A stretch of DNA of 62,988 nucleotides, the filler included, from Octopus bimaculoides (Eukaryota): NCBI RefSeq assembly GCF_001194135.2. It is 6 parts of 6 records of this genome, joined end to end, with 100 filler letters (N's around TTAATTAATTAA, not from the genome) between each part and the next. Parts side by side here need not be neighbours in the genome. Positions count along the whole stretch, not along the records: positions 1 to 6,438 come from NW_026347439.1; positions 6,539 to 13,532 come from NC_068985.1; 4 more parts are not named here. The stretch is one strand, 5' to 3'. Within the stretch, counting starts at the first letter, position 1; each line of letters opens with the position of its first letter. Made by a program: the position numbers and the translations under genes. This document shows positions 1 through 11,529 of this stretch, one piece after another. The notes under the pieces are model-generated. The model saw only the letters and a list, made by a program, of their open reading frames with translations. It did not search any database and had not been told where the DNA came from.

Positions 1-468
1 GTCGATTTGGCTCGAGTGTCTGCCGGATCGGTAGGTGACTAGGTGACAGGCAGGTTTCCTGAAGTTGGTATTGCAAACCATAAGATCAGTTGCATCACAG
101 AACTCCAACAGTCTGGTTCTCTCCTCGTAGCGGGAACCGAAGCCATAGCCTCCATGTATGCCATGGAAGCCTCCAGCACGACGTCCGACATGACCATTGA
201 AGTCACCAGCCACAAAGAGAAGGTCTCTGTCTCTTGTCGACGAGGTAGTTTGCAAGAGGGTGTCATAGAATTGGTCTTTCAGCCCATCTGGTAGCCTCGG
301 TTGAGGGGCATAGGCTGAGATGACAGTAGTTAGCCTATGATGAAGCACTAGTCTAATCTTAAGTACTCTGTCACATACTCTAACTACCTCGATTACCTTA
401 TCAACCCATTTCTTTGCTAGAAGTATTCCTACGCCCCCGACCCCGTCAGTGCTCCCTGCCCAGAAAAT
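1..468 (-). mobile_element. RTE-clade LINE, APE endonuclease coding fragment (runs off the left window edge)
   Basis: My translation of the minus strand from 468 to 1 is stop-free for 156 codons: IFWAGSTDGVGGVGILLAKKWVDKVIEVVRVCDRVLKIRL..VISAYAPQ..KDQFYDTLL..VAGDFNGHVG..RLLEFCDATDLMVCNTNFRK..HLVTYRSGRHSSQID. GVGILL, SAYAPQ, GDFNGHVG and TY.SG...QID are APE/EEP motifs of RTE elements. The ORF track misses it because no stop falls inside the window. Confidence 0.92.
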
Positions 469-3400
469 CGAGGAAATCCAAACCATACAAACACCAACCT
501 CATGTGACCCCACAAATTTGCAAGATAGATAGAAAACAACCACCACTATCAAAACAATGCAAACACACAATATGAACCATTCAACTACCCACAAGGAAAC
601 CTTAACCCCAGGAATGGAAACAGGCCCAACAAACACAGAAGATGGGAAGGAAACAACTACCACAGACAAAACAACACACACAGACCATATAGACCACCCC
701 TGCCTCTACAAGAAAACCTAAAACATGAAAATGGAATTTGGAGACGTAACAACACAACCCCTTTTTTTAGAGAAAGGATACTTCAACAATACTCCAGACG
801 CAACACACCAAAAATTACAAATGAACACACAAAACACATAGAACCCAAAATAATAAACCTATCTAAAAGAGAACTTAGCAAAAATGAAATGAACCTACTA
901 TTCAAAGGCCTCAAATTCACACCCACACCTACACCAAATCTCATAGAACTAAAAACTGATACAGAAAACTTTAGCCACCGCCTCCGCCTTATGGAATTCT
1001 TTGAAAATAAGAAAACAGAATATAACTCAATCATAAGAAAAAAATCCCATTTCACCCCCCACAAGGGATGTGACAAACACCTAGATGCATACATAGAGAC
1101 AATCTCCAAATTCCCTCTCAACACACATAAATGCAAACAGAACCTCTGCAGAGGAGAAAAACAAGCCTTACAAATACTAAAAAATGACAAGTCGATCATT
1201 TTAAAAGAAGCTGACAAAAGTGGAGCAATAGTAATTATGGATACAGATTACTACAAAGAAAATATACTGGAGATACTTAATAACCAGACATACTACAAAG
1301 AGAAATCAACACAACAGGAGAAAACAACAATAAATAAATTGGAACATTGATCAATGAATACCAAGACTCCTTTACAGACAAGGAGAAAGACTATTTATGC
1401 AACTCAAGAACCAAAGAAAGCAATTTTTATGGATTACCTAAAATCCATAAAAGCTCGGAAATACAGAGAGCCATAAATGAACAGAGGAACCATTATATAA
1501 GAATACAAAGACCTACAGACCTCACAATGAGACCCATAGTTGCAGGGCCCCAAGCGCCAACACAGCAACTAAGCCACTTCATATATATACTCCTCAGACC
1601 TTTATGCCCACTGATACCAAGCTACATAAGGGATGACATAGTCCTCCTTACACACATTCCAAATACGGTTCCAGAAAACACCATACTTGCAAGCTTCGAT
1701 GTCACAAACTTATACACGAACATGCCACACACCCTTGGTTTGGAAGTGAGAAAATACTGGGTAGAGAAATACAGGGAACTCATAGATAAACGTTTCAAAA
1801 TAGACTTTATCACCAAAGTCACCCAATTAATACTTGAAGAGAACACATTCTCATTTAACAACAAACCATACCGACAGATAAAAGGCACGGCTATGTGTAC
1901 GAAATTCGCACCTTCATATGCCAACCTAGTGATGGGTTTCCTTGAGAACAAACTATACGATGAAATAGGGAACACCTTCGAGCACAACTTCAGAGAAGAC
2001 GTCAAGAAAAAGTGGAAACGCTACCTCGATGACTGTTTTATCTTTTGGAACAGATCAAAAGAAGATCTACGAACATTCCACAACATCCTCAACACACTGC
2101 ACCCATCTATCCACTTCACAATAGATACCAACTACAACAAACTTCCCTTCCTAGACATCAACATCAAGATACACAACTCCATCGTTACAACAGACATCCA
2201 CTACAAAAAAACCGACACACACCAATATTTAAATTTCTACTCCTGCCACCCATCCCACATAAAAAGAAACATTCCATATAGTATGGCAAGACGCATATGC
2301 AGCATAGTGACCGACTCATAGACACGCCAAATAAGACTAGAGGAACTTAAAAACTTCCTACTGGAACAAAAATACCCACTCACCTTAATAGAAAACGGAA
2401 TCGCAAGAGCAATAAAACTGGACATCACACAACTAAGAACACCAAAAAAGAAAAACAAAGAAAACATCATCCCTTTCATTAACACACACAACCCTACAAT
2501 CACCAACATGTTTCACATTATACACTCAAACCTACCAATAATCCAACAAAGCCCCAAAATGGGAAACCTACTAAACAAATATTGCATAAAAAACAGTAAA
2601 CACCAAGAAAAAAACTTAAAGAAACACCTAACAAGAGGAAATTTCTCAGCAGAGAATAAAACCGAATTCTTCGTAAAAGAGTGTGGAGATGGTAGATGTG
2701 GAACCTGCAGTAACCCCATCTACAAATATATAGAGGGGAACAAACANNNNNNNNNNTGTGGAACCTGCAGTAACCCCATCTACAAATATATAGAGGGGAA
2801 CAAACAAACAAAATTTAAGAGTGGTCAGACATTCAAAGTAAATGCAGACATGAACTGCAAGACGCGGAACGTATTATACTGCATAACCTGCCCCACATGC
2901 AAGGAGAATTATATTGGCGAAACTGGAAATTCTTTATGTCAACGAGCCAGAATTCACCGACAACATGTCCGACAGGAGGAACTACGGAAAATTCCACTGA
3001 GTAAACACCTAGAAGCATGTGGGGAAGGAAAATTTAAGATCTTTCCCTTCTATAAATGCTCAAGAAACAATACCTTCTTCAGGAAAAATATGGAGAAATA
3101 CTTCATAACAAAATTCTCACCAAAACTGAATGGCTGAAAACATGAAGATCACAACCCATCTAGGTTCTTCAACTTTGGAACAGCAGAGCCTAAAAAACGG
3201 CAAGAAACTCAGATAGTGGGACATTTTTGTACCGATTAGAATTGAACCCAGTCACCTAGGTTCTCATATTTCTCTCCTACCTTTTTTGAACTAACCAACT
3301 GTATAGATGTAAACACAATTCCTTCCTCTTCCTTCCTTTCCATTGACACTCCTTTCAGACACACACATGCACGCACACACACACACACACACACAAAACA

Positions 3401-3927
3401 CACCCACACACTCTCTCCCACTGGACAATCATACCAAAGATTTTTTTTTTTGAAAAACAACTTTCTTCCAAACAATGCCACCTGGTTTTGCCATTTCTTT
3501 AAAAGGCCAAGATTAAACTTATCATTGAAAGAACTGACCAGCTGTAAACACAATTTTCTTCTTTACTTCTCTTTCCCATTGACACTCCTTTCAGATACAC
3601 AGGCACACACACGCGCACGCACGCAGACAGACACACACACCAACACAAAACACACAAAAACACACTCTCTCTCTCTCTCACTTTTCCCTCCATTCCTCAC
3701 CCTCTCTTACTATCCTATATATCTCTCTCTCCACCCCTACACACCCAATAAAACTATATAAAGAGACGTCATCGCAGGGTGAAATCAAAAATTTGCAAAT
3801 CCTACAAGATTAGGTGAAAAGCGCTTTATATGATTTATAAAACATGTGACATGTTAATAAAAATCTGTAAATGTACAACCATCTAGATTTCTGAGTACCT
3901 TAATTTGTTTCTATAATATAATTCCTG
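469..3927 (+). mobile_element. Penelope-like retroelement (PLE) with C-terminal GIY-YIG endonuclease; boundaries approximate
   Basis: A/C-rich coding strand starting at the RTE junction, RT and GIY-YIG coding region 529-3137, then a duplicated non-coding 3' region. Confidence 0.9.
529..3137 (+). pseudogene. PLE polyprotein (RT + Cys linker + GIY-YIG), disrupted by one frameshift (~1345) and one TAG (2319-2321)
   Basis: Frame 1 is open 529-1350 (IINLSKRELS..LLFKGLKFTPTP, a typical PLE N-terminal motif). The frame of 1347 continues to 3137 apart from one TAG. RT motifs: FYGLPKIHK, RPIVAG, SFDVTNLYTN, QIKGTAM, YLDD at 2022-2033, LPFLD, TDIHYKKTDTHQYL, HPSHIK. Linker CGDGRCGTC. Endonuclease NVLYCITCPTC..YIGET (YIG 2910-2918) with RIHRQH. 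Confidence 0.93.
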
Positions 3928-4565
3928 NNNNNNNNNNNNNNNNNNNNNNNNNNNNNNNNNNNNNNNNNNNNNNNNNNNNNNNNNNNNNNNNNNNNNNNNN
4001 NNNNNNNNNNNNNNNNNNNNNNNNNNNNNNNNNNNNNNNNNNNNNNNNNNNNNNNNNNNNNNNNNNNNNNNNNNNNNNNNNNNNNNNNNNNNNNNNNNNC
4101 TTCCAGGAAAATTAATATTTTTTCGTGAAATTTTCTACAAATATACCTTGATGTATGTACATTTCGAGCATGTAGGAATTTTGAAGGAAACAACTGTAGG
4201 TTATTTTTGAGAAGTGTTCCCCACTCGGTGGTGTTTCGGAGCAAGTCGTCCATATTTGTTTCATTTTTCTCTATTATGTGCGTATGTGCATCCGTAGATT
4301 TCTAGACAGTGAAGAGAAGTCGTCATAAGAAAACTTTCGTTAAAAATAACATGCACACGATTTTTTTTCTCAATAGAAGTAAATTCCAAAGTAAACGTTT
4401 ATAGTAGAGAAGTAGAAGAGAACAGGAGCAAAAATAGGAATATATACGCACGGTTAAATATAGAAACTATCACAGTGTCGCTTCCCGAAGAATTTTAAAA
4501 TGTTAGCTTTCCGAAACTTTTTTTTCAATCTTACAAAAACACAAAGATTAAGAATAAACAGAAAA

Positions 4566-4725
4566 AGTACACAAATATATTTTACACACCTGTCGTATAC
4601 GTCGGTTTTGTTTTTTTTTCACTTTAAAGGTGGATTAATCCCAACGAAATAACATAACCACTTTTAAAGTGAAAAAAAAAAAAAACCGACGTATACGACA
4701 GGTATGTAAAATATATTTGTGTACT
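4566..4725. repeat. Near-perfect inverted repeat (~68-bp arms, 24-nt loop) inside a larger unclassified repeat (~4100-5050)
   Basis: Left arm agtacacaaatatattttacacacctgtcgtatacgtcgg..cactttaaaggtgg is the reverse complement of right arm ccacttttaaagtg..ccgacgtatacgacaggtatgtaaaatatatttgtgtact. Confidence 0.85.
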
Positions 4726-5129
4726 ATGCATAGAAAATTTCATTAAAAAATATTCATTTTTCTGAAAGTTATGACCTCCCAAAGTCTGGGGCGGGGTAAA
4801 CCCTGTAGTTATGCCTACACACACACACATACAGTTATGAGGGAAGAACTTGGATCTTGTGAATTTTCTGAAGTCCTCTCCCCACCCTTTGGAAAATATT
4901 TTCGCCACAAATTTCTTTATAATCGTAATCTATGCCGTTTGAATGGTATTTCTATAAAGTTTCATTGAAAAAACCCCCCATTTTCTAAAAGTTATGAGGA
5001 AAAAAACTCGTATCTTGTGAATTTTCCGAAGTCTTTGCTTTCTGCGCTTTTTTTTTTTTTTTTTTTTTTTTTTCATATATTCGTTTCCTACACATTGTTT
5101 TACACCTATTCTAGTAATTTTGGGGGATT

Positions 5130-5290
5130 TTCATTTCCGGGTCAAGACGTAGACATTAACCCAAATCTGAGAGAGAAAGAGGGCGAATGCATATGCGAGA
5201 AGTGACGGAAGCGGAAAGGCTTCTCAAGATTGTGCGAGTGATATCAATGTGCGTGTGATTGCTCGCAACTGCAAAGATGAACTGTCTCAG
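5130..5290. promoter_or_regulatory. Candidate housekeeping-type promoter (ETS motifs, locally CpG-rich)
   Basis: TTTCCGG at 5134-5140 and tandem CGGAAGCGGAA at 5206-5216, in unique-looking CpG-rich sequence. No transcript evidence. Confidence 0.3.
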
Positions 5291-6098
5291 TGTATCTAAT
5301 ATAGCATCTAAAAAACTATTTCTGGTTCCCTGCCCCACAAACTAGCTTCATATTACGATGTCAAGAGCATTTGAGTGAAGCTTATTCAATTCGACATTTT
5401 AATGAGAGGCTGTAATTCACAGAGCAGTATTTTTTGTAACGAAATAATGAACATTGTGATTTCGTTAAACCATTACTTGGATTACTAAAAGAAAAGAAAC
5501 TCTTCGTTGGGTTCACGAGTAAATACGAAGTGATTTGGTTAGTTATATGTTTGTTTGGTACTTTATCTGTCAATACTATTGCCTGTAGAATTAAGCACAC
5601 CACTTTCATTTAACTTCTTTATGTTGTTTGTGTATATTAATGTAAAGAGATCTAAATATATCAATACACACGTCTTATTCTCTGTCTCTCTCTCTCTACT
5701 GTCTATTTATCAACACATCTAACACACAAATATGCATGTATATATGTACACACACACATATATACACGTTTATACATGTGTGTAATATATATAAATGTTT
5801 ATATATGAACTGTGCATATGTGTGTACGTAAACACCCCCTCTCTCTCTCTGATACACACACATGAGGTCTTGGGAGGGTAGAAAAGATGGGGTATTTTCA
5901 ACGCAGTCCTCAACGCGAGCATTAGGCTATCTACATTGTCAGAATCGAGTTTTAAGTAAGATGGAAATAAATTCTTCAGATGCAGAAAATGCAGGTGTCA
6001 CAAAAGTAAAACCATTGTGTTGATTTAACGCAGAGTAAAATATAATCCAGGAAGACACAGGAAGATTTTATGATATATTTAATGAGTAGTTAGAGTTA

Positions 6099-6356
6099 TT
6101 TCTGTACAAACTCTACTTTCAACGCCAATTCTAGCTTTAGTCCTAAGTGAAGAAATTACGTAGTATTTGCTGTTTTAAACAGTAGAGTGGCATTTCTTCA
6201 GACCTGCATCAAAGGTGCACTCTTACATTGCACAATCTAAGAACGCACTTTTGATGTAGGTCTGAAGAAATGCCACTTTATTGTTTAAAACTGCAAATAC
6301 TACATAAATTCTAACTTGAGGTTGAACTGGTGTTGAAAGCAGAATTGGTACAGAAA
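6099..6356. mobile_element. Foldback/MITE-like palindromic element
   Basis: Arms of ~115-120 bp (..gtagtatttgctgttttaaacagtagagtggcatttcttcagacctgcatcaaaggtgc / gcacttttgatgtaggtctgaagaaatgccactttattgtttaaaactgcaaatactac..) around a ~26-nt loop. Confidence 0.7.
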
Positions 6357-6438
6357 CAATTGTAACTGGTCATTAAAGATGTCATAAAATCTTTGTCTTC
6401 TTTTGTGGATTATATATATATATATATATATAATCCAC

Positions 6439-6538
6439 NNNNNNNNNNNNNNNNNNNNNNNNNNNNNNNNNNNNNNNNNNNNTTAATTAATTAANNNNNN
6501 NNNNNNNNNNNNNNNNNNNNNNNNNNNNNNNNNNNNNN
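6439..6538. other. Artificial scaffold spacer N44-TTAATTAATTAA-N44 (also at 13533-13632, 43214-43313, 58081-58180, 60634-60733)
   Basis: The identical 12-mer, which gives stops in all six frames, is centred in a 100-base N block five times. Confidence 0.9.
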
Positions 6539-7699
6539 CCTGTATGTGTGTGTGTGCGTGCTACTAAGAGTTTCTCGTTCCCGTTCGTCGGGCATTCAAG
6601 GCGGTACCACAGCATGGCCGCAGTCGAATAACAGAAGCAAGATAAAAGATATACGAACTGCATACGTGTGTTTGTGTGTGCGTGTAATATGTAAATTGAA
6701 ATGTCAATTCTTCAGGTATATTTCTTCAGAAATGCAATAAAAATGCAATAAGCTTTTGAATTATATCCGCATTTTGGAAAAAGAAAACTGACCTCTGATT
6801 ATGTGAAAAACCCTCAAGAGATACCGCTCATATAGAAATGCAACAAAGTTTCACGAGCTATGCATAGCTCAGAATATTTCATACCCCTAGCTATCTTCTA
6901 AAAAGAACGAAGAAAAAAAAAACGAATCAGATCTTCTATCTAAATATCAGATCAGATAACTTCACTAAATGTCGCCACTTCGACAAGTATCTCACTAACT
7001 CATTGGAAAGAAATCATTGTAAAATCAGATCGAATAAATCAATACTTGATTATTTACCCCAAATAATTACTCACCCTTTGTCTCGGTTTCAATGCATTAA
7101 CAGACACTCCTGACTTCTCAATATGTTTGACTAAAAAGTCTTTGATATTTTCAAGTCAGAAACATTCTAAATGTATTCCCGGATTATCCAATATCTCAGT
7201 ATCAACATTATTCACCAGAAATGTAATCACTATTTCTCTCTTCAGTTTTAGCACACAAATAGACGCTCGTGATCTCTCTACAATCTATAATAATACTTCA
7301 TATTTGGTAGGTAACGTTTTCAAACCATTAGCGTTTCATACGCTCTCCTATATATTAGTCTCTCATTTATCCTCTTCTCCTCTACATATACACACGTGCG
7401 CACACTCACACATCGCGTATATGCATGTATATATTAATATGTGTGTATATGTGTGCGTGCTTGCGCGTGTATAATGAAAGCAATGAGCACAAAATGAAAG
7501 ACATTGCCCATCCTTTTCTTTCACTCTCCTCATACTTTTCTTCTACAGTTTTCCTCTGTTGCAGAACTATCGTCCGAAACGTCAACACTATTTCTCTTCC
7601 CTTTTATGCCCCAAAGTAATACAATTTTTGCTGAAACTTGTCTCTCTTCTATTGTCTTCTTTCATTTGGTGTTCATTGCTTTCGTAACACGACAAACAC

Positions 7700-7901
7700 A
7701 TATTCCCTGCTGATTCTTGCGGACAAGGTAGCGGTTGATAGTTCTCTGGGACCGGTGACCTGTAGGATAGATAAGTGCATGGACGTTGGGGGTAAACGCT
7801 ATAGGAGTGACAGACGAATGACTCGGTAGGAAGACGAATGGATCGGTCGAGGAGGTATAAAACCAGCCACATCCTCGTGGCAGCGACCGTTGTAGTAGCG
7901 G

Positions 7902-7905
<4 letters not shown>
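7700..7905 (-). mobile_element. Decayed CR1/Jockey-like LINE, RT C-terminal fragment
   Basis: Minus strand gives YRYYNGRCHEDVAGFIPP and YSVYPQRPCT, resembling the YRYY.G.CS.EL..P..PRT..LWN.LP tail of CR1/Jockey-type RT ORFs. Ends at a (GA)n tract. Confidence 0.5.
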
Positions 7906-7984
<79 letters not shown>

Positions 7985-8250
7985 TAGAGAGAGGGCATCA
8001 TCATGTCTGTGGGGCTAGAGGCTGGAGCGTGTTTGTTAATGATTTCATGTCAATCAGTCACGTGGGTTGCTTATGTAGTGATTAATGAAAGCACACTAGG
8101 AATGCATTTTCCACAAAGGTACACAAGTAGACCGGCTTTAGCGTTACAAATCGTAACACAAATACACTAAATTCTATAGAATTCCTAGGAGTGTATGGCA
8201 CTATGTGTATGTCTGTCTGTGTGTTTGATCGTCCGTCCGTCCGTCCATCC

Positions 8251-8302
<52 letters not shown>

Positions 8303-8312
8303 GTCTATCTAT

Positions 8313-8498
8313 CCGGACCCCTGAATCCTACACGTTTTTTTCCCTTCTCTCTCTATTTATTTCCTCTTGTTATTTTCTGTTGAAGAGCGTCGGCTCGAAA
8401 CGTAAAAGACTTTTCCATTTTCCCGAGCGTCAAACTACTACACTTGCTTGTTGTTCATACACCTGTCTTCGTCTTTTGTTTTTCTATAAATTTGAACC
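8313..8498 (+). mobile_element. PLE terminal-repeat-like fragment with a hammerhead-like core
   Basis: ttttCTGTTGA-A-GAGC-gtcg-GCTC-GAAACGTAaaag at 8373-8408 has minimal type I hammerhead order with a palindromic ACGT stem III. Confidence 0.5.
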
Positions 8499-8573
8499 AT
8501 CCATACATACATATACACGTGCGCGCGTGTCACATGCATACACATACATGAAAACATGCATATACATACACAT

Positions 8574-8614
<41 letters not shown>

Positions 8615-8617
8615 AGA

Positions 8618-8868
8618 AGGCCCATGGCTCAGTGGTTAGGGCATTCGGCTCACGATCGTAAGGTCGTGAGTTCACTTCCCAGCGACGCGTTGTGTCCTTG
8701 AGCAAGACACTTTATTTCACGTTGTTCCACTCCACTCAGCTGGCAAAAATGAGTTGCACCTCTATTTCAAAGGGCCATCCTTGTCACATTCTGTGTCACG
8801 CTGAATCTCCCTGAGAACTACGTTAAGGGTACACGTGTCTGTGGAATGCTCAGCCACTTGGACGTTAA
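8618..8868 (+). mobile_element. tRNA-derived SINE, family C (related copies 18520-18820, 31915-32140, 42530-42870, 44493-44871; tail at 54050-54115)
   Basis: A box TGGCTCAGTGG, B-box-like GAGTTCACTTCC, then tgtgtccttgagcaagacac and the shared body gtcacgctgaatctccctgagaactacgttaagggtacacgtgtctgtgg. Confidence 0.8.
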
Positions 8869-9169
8869 GAGATATATGAAAAGTCGTCAGAGTAAAGCTG
8901 CGTCGAGAGAAAATATCGGAGGATTTCTCGTAGAATTCATATTTCTCATTTTTAATTTGAATAAGCTCGCTACAAGAGTGCATTGTGATAGATAATTATA
9001 TTAATTGCTCAAAACATAATTAAGGCTGTAATTACTGATGCGTTTTGTTCAAATGACACCGGCCATGCTGTATGATCGTTGTACAAATTTCGCATTATGC
9101 GTTTCAGACACTATTTTTAGGATCGGTGATAATTATGAAACTAAGTGAGGTAAGCGAAAATTTTTCAAC

Positions 9170-9463
9170 ATTACGTATGCACACACACACACACGCACAC
9201 ACACACACACACACACACTTACACTCACATACACATAAACGCACATGCACACACTTATATACACTCACATACACATACAGACGCTTAAATAGTCACACGC
9301 ACACACACACACACTAACCATATGTCATATATCAGCAGNNNNNNNNNNTATACACACACAGATATATGTATGTATATATATATATATATATGTATATATA
9401 CACACACATACACACATGTATAAAATATACGTATACATACACACTCATTCACACACACACACG

Positions 9464-9499
<36 letters not shown>

Positions 9500-9659
9500 C
9501 ACACATACAAACATGCAATTATATATATATATATGTATATATATATATACACTTATATAAGTGTATATGTGTATTTGTGTGTGTATACATATGCATACAT
9601 ATAAACGTATACACATGCACACACATACATATACACATACAAACACACACAAACATGCC

Positions 9660-9714
<55 letters not shown>

Positions 9715-9963
9715 GCACGCACACACATATGTGACTAAACAGAGCTAGAGTTGAGTGTCAAGCTTCTCGTAATTGGAGACAGCGACCCAGTTTTGTGGGC
9801 GATAGCAGATACAGGCTTGAGGACAATTTCACTTTAGAACCCTTACTCCCTCACATCACCACAACGCTAATACCCCAGGATTATATGCATAAACGCCATA
9901 AGAGGCCCCCAATAATCCTTCCTCCCACCAACACATACTACATGTATGTATGTATGTATGTAT

Positions 9964-10000
<37 letters not shown>

Positions 10001-10110
10001 CACATATATATATGTGTGTATATATATATAGATGTATTTATATATATATATGCATATATGTATATATATATATATATGTATATACATATATATATATGTA
10101 TATATATATG

Positions 10111-10143
<33 letters not shown>

Positions 10144-11124
10144 GTACATATATATATATACATATATATACACACATATATATATATATACATATATATA
10201 TATACACATGTGTGTGTGTATATATATATATATGTACATATATCTATGTACATATATATGTATATATATATATATACATACATAAATATATGTATATATA
10301 TATATATATATANNNNNNNNNNNNNNNNNNNNNNNNNNNNNNNNNNNNNNNNNNNNNNNNNNNNNNNNNNNNNNNNNNNNNNNNNNNNNNNNNNNNNNNN
10401 NNNNNNNNNNNNNNNNNNNNNNNNNNNNNNNNNNNNNNNNNNNNNNNNNNNNNNNNNNNNNNNNNNNNNNNNNNNNNNNNNNNNNNNNNNNNNNNNNNNN
10501 NNNNNNNNNNNNNNNNNNNNNNNNNNNNNNNNNNNNNNNNNNNNNNNNNNNNNNNNNNNNNNNNNNNNNNNNNNNNNNNNNGGTTGTAGTAAAAGCGATT
10601 CATATAACCGTTCATTCATCTGTTCTTCCATTCATACAATTTATTCAATGGCAGCTAAAACTGCCATTACGTTAGTTACTATTGGTTATGTCGTAACCGT
10701 TATGGCTACGTTCTCGAAGTTGACTCGAAGAAGGAATAAAGAAAAAAAGGGGGGGGGCAAAGAAAAGGGTGCAGGGTGGGTTGGGGTGTTGTTTGAGGGA
10801 ATTCAATGTAGCTTTTGGAGTGAAGACCCTTAGCTCTGAATATGTAATGTGATGTGATGTTTGTGCATATTATTGTGTATGTATGTGTGTATGTATGTAT
10901 GTACATGTGTATGTATGTATGTACGTATGCATGTATGTATGTATGTGTGTATGTATGCATATATGCTTGTATGACTTTAATTTGGATTAAATTTTGACCG
11001 GCCACTTGGTAGCAAGGTTTTGAAGCAAAGCATCTTGTTTTGTTCAGCATCATGTATGTATACATGTACGAATATATGTATACATACATACATATCTATG
11101 TGCGCGCGCGCATGTTGATATCTA

Positions 11125-11220
<96 letters not shown>

Positions 11221-11491
11221 AGTGCTACCCTCTCAAAAACATTTAACAGATCTCAGCGAAGGCCTAAGATATTCAGGTTGTGTGTGTGTGTGTGTGAGTA
11301 TGTGTGTATGTATGTGCGTTTGCATTATGCTTGTACATATATACATGCATACATACATATATGTATATGTATCTATATATAAACACATATATGTGTATAC
11401 ACACACATAATACATTTTTTTATCATGTTTATACATATGTGCGTTTGTATATATACATATATGTATATATATATAAGATACACACCCACCC

Positions 11492-11529
<38 letters not shown>

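Noticed and set aside
320-375. Hammerhead-like ctatgatga with pairing TGACAG/CTGTCA flanks
   Set aside because: No GAAA, and the segment is the antisense of RTE endonuclease codons.
2319-2321. In-frame stop in the PLE as a possible selenocysteine or readthrough codon (Naiad-type PLEs can use UGA)
   Set aside because: The codon is TAG at a non-Cys position, and all Cys motifs use TGT/TGC. A simple CAG-to-TAG change is more likely.
2697-2806. 50-bp direct repeat duplicating CGTCSNPIYKYIEGNK in the PLE
   Set aside because: The two identical copies flank a 10-N gap, so this is overlapping contig ends rather than a real duplication.
3797-3836. Possible decayed hammerhead in the PLE 3' region (aaatc-ctacaaga..gaaaagcgcttt..gattt)
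   Set aside because: The core is not CUGANGA and no stem II forms, so it is too degenerate to support.
6483-6494. TTAATTAATTAA recurring five times between N runs, as a possible biological motif
   Set aside because: It is always centred in exactly N44..N44, so it is an artificial scaffolding linker.
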